From Callorhinchus milii (taxonomy: Eukaryota), in the NCBI RefSeq assembly GCF_018977255.1, contig NW_024704742.1:108192001-108256000 (forward strand): a DNA stretch of 64,000 bases, read 5' to 3'. Under the pieces are notes generated by a model. That model ran no database searches. It saw nothing but the letters and a program-made list of their open reading frames with translations, and was not told where the DNA came from. Shown one piece after another: positions 27,306 to 39,939 of the stretch. Each line of letters starts with the position of its first letter. Within the stretch, counting starts at the first letter, position 1. The position numbers and the translations under genes were made by a program.

Positions 27306-30300
27306 TGTACCAGAGATCACGTTGTCTGTTTTTGCTCAGGGCAACTGGAATAACTTGACAGGTTTCATACTATGGAGCTGCCTGTTACATTCTAAACTGA
27401 CAGAAATATTATAGGAATGCTGTGCATAGCTGAAATAACAAAATAAATAATGCACCAGTGTAAAATAGAGACATTAACATCTCGAAATAAAGTAGCTATT
27501 TGTTCTTTTATAATTTCTTCCTCTAATCATTTAGAAGATCAATTGTTTCAGTCACTTAAGGGTTACATGTATTACAGTTGGTACTTTTATATAAAAAAAA
27601 CCTTCCTTGGTACTTGTCTAAAATAACTGAACAGAACTGAAGTAGCTTTGTGCTACAAAATAGCTGTTACAAATAAAAAAATCATATAAATTAATTCTTT
27701 AAAACACAGCTCTCACAAAGAGATCATTATAGATGTCTATTACTTCTATAAATGATTTCAAATGCACATCATTTTGTATAAATACTTTAATACTCAACAA
27801 TATTCACAACTCATTTCAAGGTTCTTTTCCACAAATTGAAAATGCATGATGTATAATTCTGTTTAAAATTTGTCTTTATGCTGCCATAATTGGCATTATT
27901 TGTAATTACATCCTGTTGGAACTAATGAAGCTTATGAGAAAACAAAATAAAATAAAAGAATACGAGGTGAAATCGTTTTTATGACATTCCCACAAGGAAT
28001 GCGTTTTGAATTGGTTCACACTTCACCTCTATGTTTGCAGAAGTTCTAACACTCATAATATACAACCTACATAAAAGGAAGAAATTCTGCTGCTTTAACC
28101 TAGAGCTTTAGTAACACATTTATCTGTTTTTCACAAAGCACCAGCACGGTTTACAGGGCAAGCCAGAGCAGTCCCGTCTATATATGTACCAAATAAAATC
28201 TTGCAACGATAATTTAATGGCTTAGGAAGTCATTAGCAGATTATATATTTTTTGTAAGTAAACAACTTTCAGGATATTACATTAAAACAGAAAATGAGAA
28301 TAATCAACATAAATTGAATTCAGAGGAAATACTTGGCAGAAAGCCATCTACATGTGAAAGCAGCTAATAAATTAAGTTTATAAATTATTCACAGCTAACC
28401 GTGGAATTTCGGGGACAAAGTCTTTTAAAAATTGAGTAAGAGCCCCTGGCAGAAAGACTCAAAAGAGGTTTTTTCTGAGCTGCCAAAAAAGAAGAATGCA
28501 CCAATCACAGCATAATGAATTTCAGTTGTGCAGCTGTCTGTGAAAGCAGGTCCATATAACTCAAACGCAAATCAGTGACAAATCACACTGCCATTTGTTT
28601 CAGCTCAAGCTGTCCTGCTGATCAGCCTGCTGTTTTTATCGTCTCCTGAGGCTAAGGATACAGTGAACAGGAGGAAGGATAAGCTCGGGGGGGAAAAAAA
28701 CACATACACAGGCTGATCTGTGGATCTTACTGCCTTAATACTTTAAGACCTTTTTTTTTACACTCCATGTTATCCTGTGTGTGGAAAGGTTTACCATAGT
28801 GTTGAAGGTGGTTTGAATGGCCTAATGTTGAACAGGTCTGAGCTTTAATGGATTCCTTACATCCTTAATCTTAATTTTGAGCAGAACCTTGCAAACAATA
28901 CACAATATTTGTCACTGATCTCACTGCACAACTCCCATGAAATGCCAGAAAGCATCATCACCAAAAGTCCACATAAACTGCCCACATTTCGTTATATCTA
29001 TGTACAGTAATAGAAAGTTCTTTAAATAACTATTGTCGAATCTACTTCAGACAAATAGTTGAGAAGATTTTTCAAGTTGGCTACAATAAGAAACTGTGAG
29101 AGACATAATGCATGCCACAAAATGCTTGAACACAAGGCTCAGAAGAAAGGCCGAGTAGCCATTTTAGATATTTTTCTGCATTTGTGTTAAAGCTAGAGTC
29201 AGCCAATTATCCCCCTCTTTGAAAGACATTAAAAGAGGCCCCAAAGAGTGAAAGAGGGCCTCTCTCTCTGCACAAAGACATCTTTCATATGTGATGGGAG
29301 GAAAAAGGAATGAAGAAACTTAGCCAACATGACAATGATTAAGGATCATCCACCAAATTAATCATGGGGGAAGTAACAAAAAGGGGATCCTTTACAACCT
29401 CATGGCTGCTCATAAGATTTCCTCTAAGCTCTCTTGTGAGGAAAAGGCCACTGTAAGGGTGCCTATAAGGTGGGAGTGTTTAAGGAAAAAGAGTACTTTG
29501 ATCCAGATGTGAAGAAAAAGCTATATGCTTGGTGTCAAGACTGAAGGAAGATGGAGATGGTCTGAGTAGGTCTCATATCGTGGCCAAATAAACAAATTAA
29601 ATGGGTTCAGTGGGCTTTTCCTGAATTCCTAATGATAGGAAAGTAGCCCAAGAGGATACAACAGTGAAGAAGAGGAGGAAGGCCATGTAAACCATCTACC
29701 GAACAAGCATCAGTTACCTTGTGTTCAACAAAGATTTGGACATTGCCTTGAAAGAGGCAATTTCATTGCCATAGTAGACTGCATATTTCAGCAGCATAAG
29801 TAACTGTGGGTTTTTAGAGGGGTAGAAAGTAAAGAACAATTCAGAAAATGTTTGTCTATAAGAATTAATTTGTAAATGTAGGGAAAGTTTTAGAAGTCAA
29901 CAAACTTAAACCATGGAAAACTCTTGATTTTAGGAAGTCAAAAAAAAGCATTGGGAAGTATCAAACTGTGAAGCTCCATAAGTGATGAATAACCACACCT
30001 GACCACCAACACTACAGCTGTTAGTACTAGATGAAATGGTTACACACACCCTGATAACCGTTCACATCTATGTATAACTTAATTTTATTGATAAAGAAAA
30101 ACATGAAGTTAATGATGGATCAATGATGTGTGAAATTGCATGGTGACACCACGATGCATTGTTGGCGAGTAATAATAATAATTGATCTGATTATTATTAA
30201 TCAAAGTAGAAGCTGAAATGTCCCAGATGCAGTACTTGTGGCCTATAAGCCAGGGAGAAGACAGAGGTCTGAGGGAAAAGTACAGCTTCATTTTTGAGTT

Positions 30301-31589
30301 TCCGAGAAGGATTTGAATCTAAGAAAGTGGAAAATGTAACTTAAACCTCAATGCAATGCATGGACAACCAGCTGTTCTGCTTCTGCTCTGAATGACACTG
30401 CATGTTACAATTACTTTGCCTCCAGTCTGGAGAGCTCACATATTCAAACATTGTCCAATATTAAAACGTAAACCAAGCTCGGAGCCAGAAATTCACTTAA
30501 TTCATGCAATTGAAATTGAAAAGGACTCAATTGTTTCTTTACATCACAGACAATGTAGTTTGAAGATATTCTGTTAAATTATAATGTTTTTACTTAGGCT
30601 TGTGTCAATGATTTGTAACAATTAGTCATTGATGAATTCAATGAGATATGGCTCTGATCAAAACATCAAGGAGATATCCTCAACTTAAATATTGAGGACT
30701 TTGAGTTACAATTAAAAGTAATATTCCTTATATTAGTATAAAGCTCTTTATTTTGTAATTAGTCTAATGATTGATTCAAGGTTAGTGGAGCACAGCTGGG
30801 CTGTGGTTGCCACAGTCCTGTCTCGTGAGCTTTCTATTTGTAATGCTTCCAGTCCAGTGACTTTGCTTCAAACAATTACACATGACAAAGACAGCTGTGG
30901 CTACAGCCTAGAATTCATAAAGATTGAAGGTTTTGTTCTGCTTAACTTTGGAAGCCTTGTTATTTTGCTGTGCTCATTATTAGCTCTACTATGGTTAGGC
31001 AGCAGTGTCACTGAAGGTTAGAGTGTTGAAACCACATATCTCACAGGATTTCTTTGTGATTACGACATAGCCTTCAGTTAGTCTCTGCAAAGATAATTTC
31101 ACTTCCGACAGACATCCTTTACCATATAGAAACCATCAAGTGTTGTACAGACATTTCATTCAAAGGTTAAATGTTGTGTACAGTAATAAAATAATGTAAA
31201 AGTACAATCAATGACACGTAGGAACTATTTTCCATGCGCCAGGACTACATTATTGACATCTCAAACACAAACCTTTTCAACGTTGGCTTTCTCATTGTAG
31301 GACTACAAAATAGCATAGCTGTTTATTAACATTTTTGGTGATGGTTTTACAGCTGCAGAAAAAAGATGCTGTGCACAAAGACTGTGCACGTTTCAACAAT
31401 TTACAGGGGCAGTGACTGAAATAAAATTAAAAGCTACATGCCAAAACACAACCCATATTTGCACATATAAACGGCAGTTAATTGGAGCTTGGGCTCATTA
31501 GCACCAATGGTCTCCTCTCTATAGATTATCAGTAGGCTTGCCCGGATTTGATCAAAATCGATAAACATTGATATCATTCAGCTTTTGCC

Positions 31590-31945
31590 TTTCTAATTTT
31601 TTCCCCTCTGCCATGTGCCTCTTTGCTCCTGGCTTTCCCTCACTGGTGTGCGGTTCCATGGGTGCTGCTTGGCGCCCGGTACATTACACCACTAATGCCC
31701 CATTATTCTCATGTGAGCCTTGCAGTGTCGAATGTTGAGGGTGTCACAGCACAGATTGATCTCTTCCTACGAGCACACAACCAATAGAGGTTGTTGAGGG
31801 ATCAGCAGCAGGAAACCTGGGTTGGTTTCTTTACCCTGGGAAAGCTGGGGGCAATTTAGTCTTCCCGATGTACCTGATGCAGCAAATCACAGAGCTCCTG
31901 GTCCGTAGCCTGCTGCTCTCTCCACTACAGTGTGGATGCCGCTGT
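31590..31945 (-). mobile_element. AmnSINE2-like ancient SINE
   Basis: Minus strand CCAGGTTTCCTGCTGCTGATC...GCTGTGACACCCTC...CACTGCAAGGCTCACATGAGAATAATGG...CCCATGGAACCG; homologous to 48857 and 58720. The family name is from memory of the consensus. Confidence 0.6.
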
Positions 31946-32230
31946 TATGCAATCCAATGCAGATACATTGTTATTGATTAAAAATCATTTATTTAGAATG
32001 CCTGAAGGCGAAGAATTGAGATAATAATGGCTGGCTGGAAACATCATGTCAAAGATGAGGGGTGGGGAGGAGCATAAAATGTTTGCTTGTAGTTTGACTC
32101 ACAAACATGGGTCCAAAATGCCTACTTTTATATGAGCGATAAATGCTGCTACATTATCATTAACGTTATCAGTTTCTCTCTGCTTTGGGTCCTCCCCAAA
32201 AATTGCATGTATTATTTATCATTGTTATAA

Positions 32231-32550
32231 AATAATAATAATAATCCTTGCATTTGATATAGCGCTTTTCACGTCGGGAGGACGTCCCAAAGCGCTTCAC
32301 AGAACACACTGTAAAGTGAATTGACTATATTTGTAGGCGAACGCGGCAGCCAATTGCGCACAGCAATGTCCCACAAACAGTCGTAGATTGAAAATGACCA
32401 ATTTTATTATTGTTTTTGGTTTTGGAGGGATTATTATTAGGTGTGTGGAGTAAGGAAACTTGCCCAAGGTTTCGCCCTGACCTGCCTGGAATTGAACTCA
32501 GGTCTCTCGCTTGCAAAGCGAGTGCTCTAACCACTGAGCTACAGGACTCC
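32231..32550 (-). mobile_element. Best-preserved full-length family A SINE
   Basis: GGAGTCCTGTAGCTCAGTGGTTAGAGCACTCGCTTTGCAAGCGAGAGACCTGAGTTCAATTCC: intact A and B boxes, 5-bp anticodon stem with TTTGCAA loop; CpGs retained. Confidence 0.93.
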
Positions 32551-33082
32551 AATATTATTAGAAAAAATAAAATTTGATTTCCACCAACCTATTCTGACTG
32601 TCCAGCACCTTGGGAAGTCCTCCCCATGTGAAAGGCGCTATACAAAGGTAATTTTGTATTATATTAGTAAAATGAGTTTGAGTAAAATTGCCTGCAAAAA
32701 TATGTCCCAACCATCTAACTGCTGTCAAATTACTAACTACTGTAATTGGCATTTATTTGCTAATTTTGCTGCGAGGTGCCATAAGGATAATGTGAGAGGA
32801 ATGTAAATGTCGCATTTGTTCAGTAAGGAGTATCCTCCTGAGGCTGGAGTTGAAGCACAATTCAACCCAGAGCATGCTTGAATTAGGAATACACGATGCT
32901 GTCATTTGAAGCAAAGTGGAAAAAAACATTTGATTTTCTACAGGGTGTAACGCTGCTTGTGTTGAATTCGTATGCAATAAGATTTCTGAAGATGATTTTT
33001 AAATCCACACTTGTACTAAGTATTTAGCCTGTTGAGCTGGGCCTTGAGCAGGAAATAATATGTTTTATTAAAGAATCATTTA

Positions 33083-33238
33083 TTCTGTTTGTTGGACACT
33101 GCTGTGTGCGTTTCGGCCACAAATATACAGTCAATTCACTATACATATTTACAGCATATTCTGTGAAGGTTTGAGGCGTCTCAAAAACATTAAAAGTGCT
33201 ATATCAAATACAAGAATTATTATTAATATTATTACTAT
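33083..33238 (+). mobile_element. Family A SINE 3' fragment
   Basis: CTGTTTGTTGGACACTGCTGTGTGCG...AAATATACAGTCAATTCACT...TATATCAAAT with ATT tail. Confidence 0.75.
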
Positions 33239-34634
33239 TTAAAAGATCAATATTCAGGTCATCCAAATCAACTGAGCAGTAGAAATGTCAAAGTTCTTAC
33301 TTTATATATCAAAGGTTTTGAGTTTTATGTTTTATTTTTCAGTGCGCTTTCTTTCGTTTTTTTTAAAAGATAGAAACAGATTCAGTCGTGACAACACTAT
33401 TAATAAGATAATTAGGTCAAGGAGTTCTTTGCTTTTTCATGATTCAGTGTCTGCTTGAGAGCTTCCTATTCAATGTTAAGTGAAGCCTTACAACAGCTCC
33501 AGCTCAAGACACCTTCCAGAGCATCTATTTTGATAAGAAATCAGGTGTGAGGAAATAAAATTATTCATGAAGTTTGGTTTAAAAAATTTAAGCGTTTTTC
33601 ATATGAAAATCAATTGTTAATAGGTGGCAAGCAGTGCCACAAGCTTCCTGCTTTTAGGCTTATTTTTAAATAAAGAGTGGTACGGTGGACTTGGCATCTA
33701 CACTGCAATTCTAGACTATTGGATTCTCAACTGGATCCAACTCCCATTTCTGAATTACTTAAGAACATTTTCTCTTAAATGTGAGTTTCAAAACTCTGCG
33801 GGATGACTGTGAACTTTTCATCTCCTGGAAAGCCCTTGCTGTGCTTAAAAATCTCCAATTCTCGTGAGACAACTACTCGAAGTAGATTACACATTAGACT
33901 ATTGGTTTGGCTGTACTGCAGCGCACAATCTCCCCCCCGCCCCCTCCCCCCACACACACACGCAAGAAAGTGAAACAATTCTTCCCATGCATGGAGAATA
34001 TAAGATTAGGAAAAAGTTAAGGCATTAGGAAACCCAAAGTTCCCCTTAAAATATGCTGGATTAACTGAATGAGTACTTTACCTGTACATGCCTGGTTCAG
34101 CTAGCAGATTGACTTGGTGCTATCATGAGCTGCATTGGAGGAATCCTATACCCCAGTGATATTCCTATTGCTTCTTGACCCATTTTCGAGTGTTTGACAA
34201 GGGAAAGAACCCGGACTATCTGGGAGCTTTCTCTTCTTTCCCATTTCATTCTTACAGGCAAGGCCACCAGGTGAGTTGATCAAGAGCTGACGTGAAAGGC
34301 GATGTATTAAGGATTATTGATCAGACTCTCCTGGTTAGCTAAAGACTGTAGGTGGAAAGCTAGACTATTCTATTTAATACTAAAACCTGAGATAACAATT
34401 AACCAACAATATACAGATGCGAAATTCTAAAACATCTTCACGGCGTGAAAGATGCTATTTAAATGTAAATTTGTATTGTATAAATCCATCTTTATTTCCC
34501 ATAAAAATATGCTTTTGATTAGCTTCATAATAATTTGACATTGAGGCAATTTTCAAAACTATTTTTAATATTATAAGATTATAACATTTTCTCCAATGTA
34601 AATCTATGTTATGCATATTTGCTATTGAGAACAT

Positions 34635-35014
34635 TTTATTCTATTGCACTTAAATGGCTGCCATAATTTACTTGTGGCTTTATGTAAAAATCAATTTATT
34701 CACAAGAGAGCAAAATAATTCTAACATTTATGACAATCTGTCAGAGTGCTACTATTATTGGTGACATGAAGCAAAACTGACATTTATCTTACTAACAGGG
34801 ACTTTGTAGTCTCAATGCTAACACTTATTTTAGTAGGAACTCTTTCACAACTCCAGCCTTTTGTAGAATAGTTGAAAGATAAAAATAGACATGAACTCTG
34901 AGTGACACTAGAAACCAAGTTTCTAAGTGCTTTCCATTGAGGAAGCCCCAGTACACTTGCTATCCAGGAAGACATTCCAGAAATCTATTAACCCAGGTCT
35001 CTCTAGATTTTATT
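34635..35014 (-). promoter_or_regulatory. Candidate 3' UTR polyadenylation signals
   Basis: Minus-strand AATAAA at 35014-35009, 34700-34695 and 34640-34635, downstream of the stop codon. The context is AT-rich, so chance hits are likely. Confidence 0.3.
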
Positions 35015-35078
35015 TTATATATTACAATGAACTGTTACCAAGTTCCAAATGCTAGTGCACTATCTCCCCAGCGACTGA

Positions 35079-35608
35079 TTAATCCTGCCAAGGTGGCCTT
35101 GGCTGATTCATTTTGATCTTGGTTTTCTGGGAGAGTTTGGCTCTCAGGTGGCTGATGATTTGTGTTTCAGAGATGCCACACTCAGAGGGAGCATCTTGTG
35201 TTTGTGAAGTTGCACTTATCTTTTTCTTGCCAGAGATAGAGAGTGGGAGCGCCCTAGATTTGTGTCCAAGAGAAGCAGCTGTTGTTGCTGCAGTCATATT
35301 GGCGGGTAACGAGAATGCAAATTCTTCCCTTGTTGACTCATCACATGGTCTGCTTCCAGTTTCACTAACTCTTATTCTTGAATTGTCCCTCTCAGTCTGA
35401 GAGGCACATTGAGTTGACTTCCTGGCACTGCCCCTCTTCTCTTGCCTCTCTTTTCTCAATGTTTGGAGGATCTCAAATGCAAGGCTGAATTCTGCCTTTA
35501 ACGCTTCAAGCTCATGGGTCAGTGAGTCTTGTTGATCTGCACAGTCCTTTAGACAAAGCTCCAAGGAAAGAAAGAATTCCTTCCCAAGTGTGGACAGAAC
35601 CTCATCAC
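35079..35608 (-). CDS. Terminal coding exon of an uncharacterised helical/coiled-coil protein gene (GDEVLSTLGKEFFLSLELCLKDCADQQDSLTHELEALKAEF...PRPPWQD*)
   Basis: Polypyrimidine tract and acceptor TTTTCTCCTTAAAG|GT at 35609/35608; phase-1 entry matches the upstream exon; 530 nt open to TAA at 35081-35079 (lies within ORF 35079..35714). Confidence 0.85.
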
Positions 35609-36220
35609 CTTTAAGGAGAAAACAAAAAAAATGGCAACTCATGTATTTTAAATGAGAGCAGACATTCCATCTCAAGTGGAACAGTAAGAGAGATTTACTA
35701 ACGCCATATGTCACATCAAGAACAAAAAGACATAAATCAGCTCTAGTTTGACAGCAGTAGGAATGTGTTTGAATATTTTTAAATCTCTGTCCACTTTATG
35801 TCACCTGGTTCTCATCAACAAACCTTTTATAGACAGTAGTAATCTGCAGAGAAGAAAATTGGGAATTTAGTGTAAAAGTACAGAAGAATTGACAAAGAAT
35901 TTGTAACTCCCATACTGTTCATTAAATATTGGAAAGAAATGTCATCAAATAAGACCGACATTGTCTTCAGCAGTATTCTGTAGTGGTGTGCACTGTAGTG
36001 AAACATACAAAACCTAAATACTATTGCGTCAACATCAGCCCTGTAGCACTATAATATACCAAGAGCTGATTCAAGTCTTCTAACAAAATACTAACATGGT
36101 AGAACAATGCATAATTTATTTTAGCTTTGACATTAAAACAGTTACAAAAGTTATATAAAAAGTTATATATATATACCATCCAAAAACTTAAAGAAGGATG
36201 AAAACAGCTTGATAAAGCTA

Positions 36221-36381
36221 CAGGGCAATCCTACTGTAATGCGCCTCACTATAACCCAAGTTCAGGAAGTGACATTCAATGGTATCCTGATGTCCTGGAA
36301 GTCAGACATTTTATCGAACCTCTTTACAACCCAGGGCCTGAGACATTGGGCCTAGATGACTGTTATAAAGTGATTGCCCTA
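36221..36381. mobile_element. Short TA-flanked MITE (Tigger-like)
   Basis: Left end CAGGGCAATC; right end reverse complement TAGGGCAATC; TA on both sides. Confidence 0.55.
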
Positions 36382-38719
36382 TACACTGGGAATTAATTGC
36401 CTTTCTTTCATTCCATATAGTGTGGGAGAAGAGAAAAGTGTAGGTTCCATTTAAGAAATTTGGTGATTATTCATGGACTAATTTGAAATATCTGTGAAAG
36501 ATTATAAAACACGATATGCATCAGCAAGCGAGATTACCTATTCTCACTTTAGCATTTCGATACACTAGATCTCTCACTTGCTTTTTAGAAATTGTGAATG
36601 TCATATCTATTAGCAGTTTGTAAAAACATTCAGCTTCCATTAGAATCTCATGAGATCAAGTCAAATGATTGTTCCTGGAGACCTAAGTTGCTATGTGACC
36701 AATGGATATAATAAGGATTCTCATCAATGTGGTTGTTATTATAAGAATATCATGTAAATTATGAAAGCAAACTATCCAGCCCTCCCCCTCCCCCAAACAA
36801 CGTTAAAAATCAAATAAAATTACACTTTACAGTAAAGCTATTAAAGCTTCCTTTTTGTATGCACAAACATTGCAAATAAAGCATTGATTTGGCAAATTGT
36901 GAAACCTAACAACAGGACCTTGCTTCTTGTTATCAGGGTAGGCTGAATCCTATATCTTTGGCAGTTCCTTAACAGGATAAATCTCTGGCGAGTTATTGAT
37001 TTTATGTTCCATCTAGTCTCTAAATTCACAGTTTAACGTTCATTTAAAATTACCATAAAAATAAATGCCGTACTGTAGATCAAATAGATTTATTGTTCTA
37101 ATGGATAAAATTATAGTGATATGGATGAAACTGGTTAGACATCAATTTACTTTTTGCAGATCCTGGAAAACAACATTAGATATGGGCTAGATTTTTGTCT
37201 TGGTGGGAAACCTGCAGTAAATGTCCACAAAATCTTACACATTGTTAAATATATAATTTCCACTGAATTAGTTGCAGGACCTTCCTTGTGGTTTGAATGA
37301 AACATTCTACCCATGCTGCAGGTTGGGCAAAGAGACCATGGAAATAAGCTGATTGTACTGGGAGAATCCCAACAATGCAATCCCTCTAAACTATATCCAT
37401 GGGGAATCATGCCTTACCACTAAAGTTATCTTCCCTAACTTTGTTTTCTTTGAAATAACAAGATGAGGGGCCAAGGCCCATAGCACAATACATACCCAAG
37501 GCTGAAAAGAGCAAGAGATTGATTTATCCCAGACAAGGCAGAATAGTATGAAAGATAGTATCTGTACAATTACAATAACTATGTATCTATTATCATTAAT
37601 AGAGGAGTAGTGGTGCTCTTTGAGAGGAACCATAGTAGAAGAATGATGCATTATTTGAGGAATGGGAATGGCCTGACGTAGCAAGATCACTCAAAAAAAA
37701 CTTTTGTCAAGTGAATACACACTCATACTTACACACACACACACACCTTTGAACAAGAGCTAATCCTCAACTTTGTCCCTCAGCCAAGTCAGCCAATGAC
37801 ATGCAATAATCCTGTGGAGAATTGAATTTAGACAGAAATTGCTTGCCAATACACTCATCAGTGTTATCGTCAGAATGTTTTAAGAGGAAATAAAGAAATA
37901 AAATATTTACAAGTAAGTTTGATCGGTTCTATTGTTGATGGCTCTTGACCATTTAAGGAGAACTTGTTGAGGCAGATTGAAAGATTCAACTGCCTGAATA
38001 CAATATAATCCAGAGGTGAGAAATGGAATTTAGTCTGAAAATAGATTAACATTATACCTGTATCCTAATCAGCCATTTCAGATCAGTTCTGCTGTCTGCA
38101 ACAAAATAAATGACGGCAATGATAAATGGAGCTGCAGGAATATACAAACGCTGTTTCAAAAAAATGACAAAATAAATGGCTCCTCACACCAGAAGCAGCA
38201 GTTCAGAATATAGATCATTTCTTTCAGAGAATCCGATGTAAGTCGCAAACAACTCAAGGGAACTTGGCTCTGAGGCAATTGCAGTTTTCATACATTACAC
38301 TTATATTTTTTCTGTGTAAGGTGTTATCTGCACTGGCATTTTCCCAATAACTTCTTTTGCAACCCTATTGTTTATTTGTGCAGCTCCACTATCACTGTCA
38401 GCACCAATTTCTCTGCAGGCAGCAGACTGATCTTATATGAAGAGAAAGGCACATTTTACATTATCCCTTTTTTAAACCCAATGAAAAGATTTAAATTCAT
38501 TGAGTCTAATCAAAAGGTCCAATTAAAATTTCAAAATCTTGTATGTAGTTCCAGTAGGCCAAATAAAAGTGTGTGGTCGATCAGCTTTCTTGAGGAAATC
38601 AAAAACACTGATGTAGCCATTTTCAAGTGCAACTGAGGTACAAGGTACCTTTAGTATTATAAGAGATGTGTCACTTCACTGTTTCAGTTCATGTTCAGAG
38701 TACATTGTAGGATAAACTT

Positions 38720-38830
38720 CAGCGATATAGGGGAAGGGTAGGTAAATAGGACAAAGAGGATAGCTCTTAAAAGAGCAAACACTGACACGATAGGCTGAAT
38801 GGCCTTCTGTATTGAAAATGTTTATGCCAT
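38720..38830 (+). mobile_element. CR1-type 3' tail fragment
   Basis: GATATAGGGGAAGGGTAGG...GACACGATAGGCTGAATGGCCTTCTGT. Confidence 0.55.
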
Positions 38831-39539
38831 GAGTTACTGGATATTAACTTGCCCAAGCTAAATTGTGACAGTGAGGCTGGAATAAATAAGGATTCAGTCT
38901 CATTAGACTAATATTCACACATAAGCAAGGCAGCTCATTGGAGGTAGGATCTAATAGGTTTTAATATTACACAGATTGTTTACTGTTAACTATATGACTT
39001 TGCTAATTTTCTTTTATAAAAAATATTATCTTTTTTAAAAAGTTATTGTTCCTGGCGAACAAGAACTTCCTCTGACCATTCTAAACAAATGAAAGAAACA
39101 GAAGCCTGGGAGAAATTAAAATAGACAGACACAATTCGATTCATAAATCTGTGCTTTTTCCCCATCGACTTCTCTCGTACTGGAAACAGGAATTTTAGTA
39201 GCTTGATTTGCGTTGAGATTTGATAGGTCTGCTTAGTTCAGAATGTATCAAATTGAATCTCTACATTCACTCTATGCACTGTTGATCTTTGATGGTCCCA
39301 TGATATAGTGAGTTAGTGTGTTGGTGTACTCCTCCTGTGTGATTTTTAGCGGTGATTCATCATCTCAATCAGAGATATCTGAAGATGCAGTGAATGGAAT
39401 GAAGCTCTTCCCGGAGGGAAGGAAGCAAAAATAAAATCTATGTTGCTCACATTCACCAACAGTTGTGGAGCCAAGTTGGAATATTGGAACCCACTGAATC
39501 TGCTCCATGATTTTATTAGTTCATAGCAAGTCTGCCTTT

Positions 39540-39840
39540 TCTTGATATCCATTAATATCCTTCCCAAGTACCTTTCCATCTCCATCATAACTACCTCAAC
39601 TTATTCTATATCTGGTTATCTGGAGCAGTATATTCCACATTCTCACAACAGTTTGTGTGAAGAAATATTTCTGATTTCACCTTTACAACAACAAAGACAA
39701 ATTGCATTTTTATCATTTCTTCCAGGTCAGAAGGGCGCTATACAGTCGAAGGTTTCTAACCAGCTCAGCTCCGATTTATGAATTCATGGAATCGTAGAAA
39801 TTTACAGCACAGAAAGGAGGCCATTTGGCCCATCAAGTCT
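39540..39840 (-). mobile_element. CR1 3' fragments
   Basis: TATTCCACATTCTCACAACAGTTTGTGTGAAGAAAT and tail AGAAATTTACAGCACAGAAAGGAGGCCATTTGGCCCATC. Confidence 0.55.
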
Positions 39841-39939
39841 GAACAGACTCTCAAAAGCAAGCTGTTCATTCAATTATGTCCCTTTGTTCGACGAAAGGTT
39901 AGTGTCCATTCTCCCTGTTTGAGGATGGTGCTAGCATCA

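Larger units (their letters stand above)
1051..32937 (-). pseudogene. Large decayed multi-exon gene (unitary pseudogene candidate), tentatively RGS22/RGSL1-like
   Basis: Unique-sequence blocks, most with an AG acceptor and/or GT donor and protein-like but interrupted frames: ~32937-32753, ~31120-30780, 29803-29718, ~26600-26200, 25563-24657, 23271-~22720, 22257-~21830, 19096-18737, 15212-~14443, ~12100-11673, 7081-~6610, 5417-~5318, ~1272-1051. The family call rests only on by-eye motif resemblance. Confidence 0.45.

Noticed and set aside
32480..32550. tRNA-Ala gene (also 4738, 6001, 57880 and family B heads)
   Set aside because: No proper acceptor stem or T-run terminator; continues into a SINE body present in many copies.
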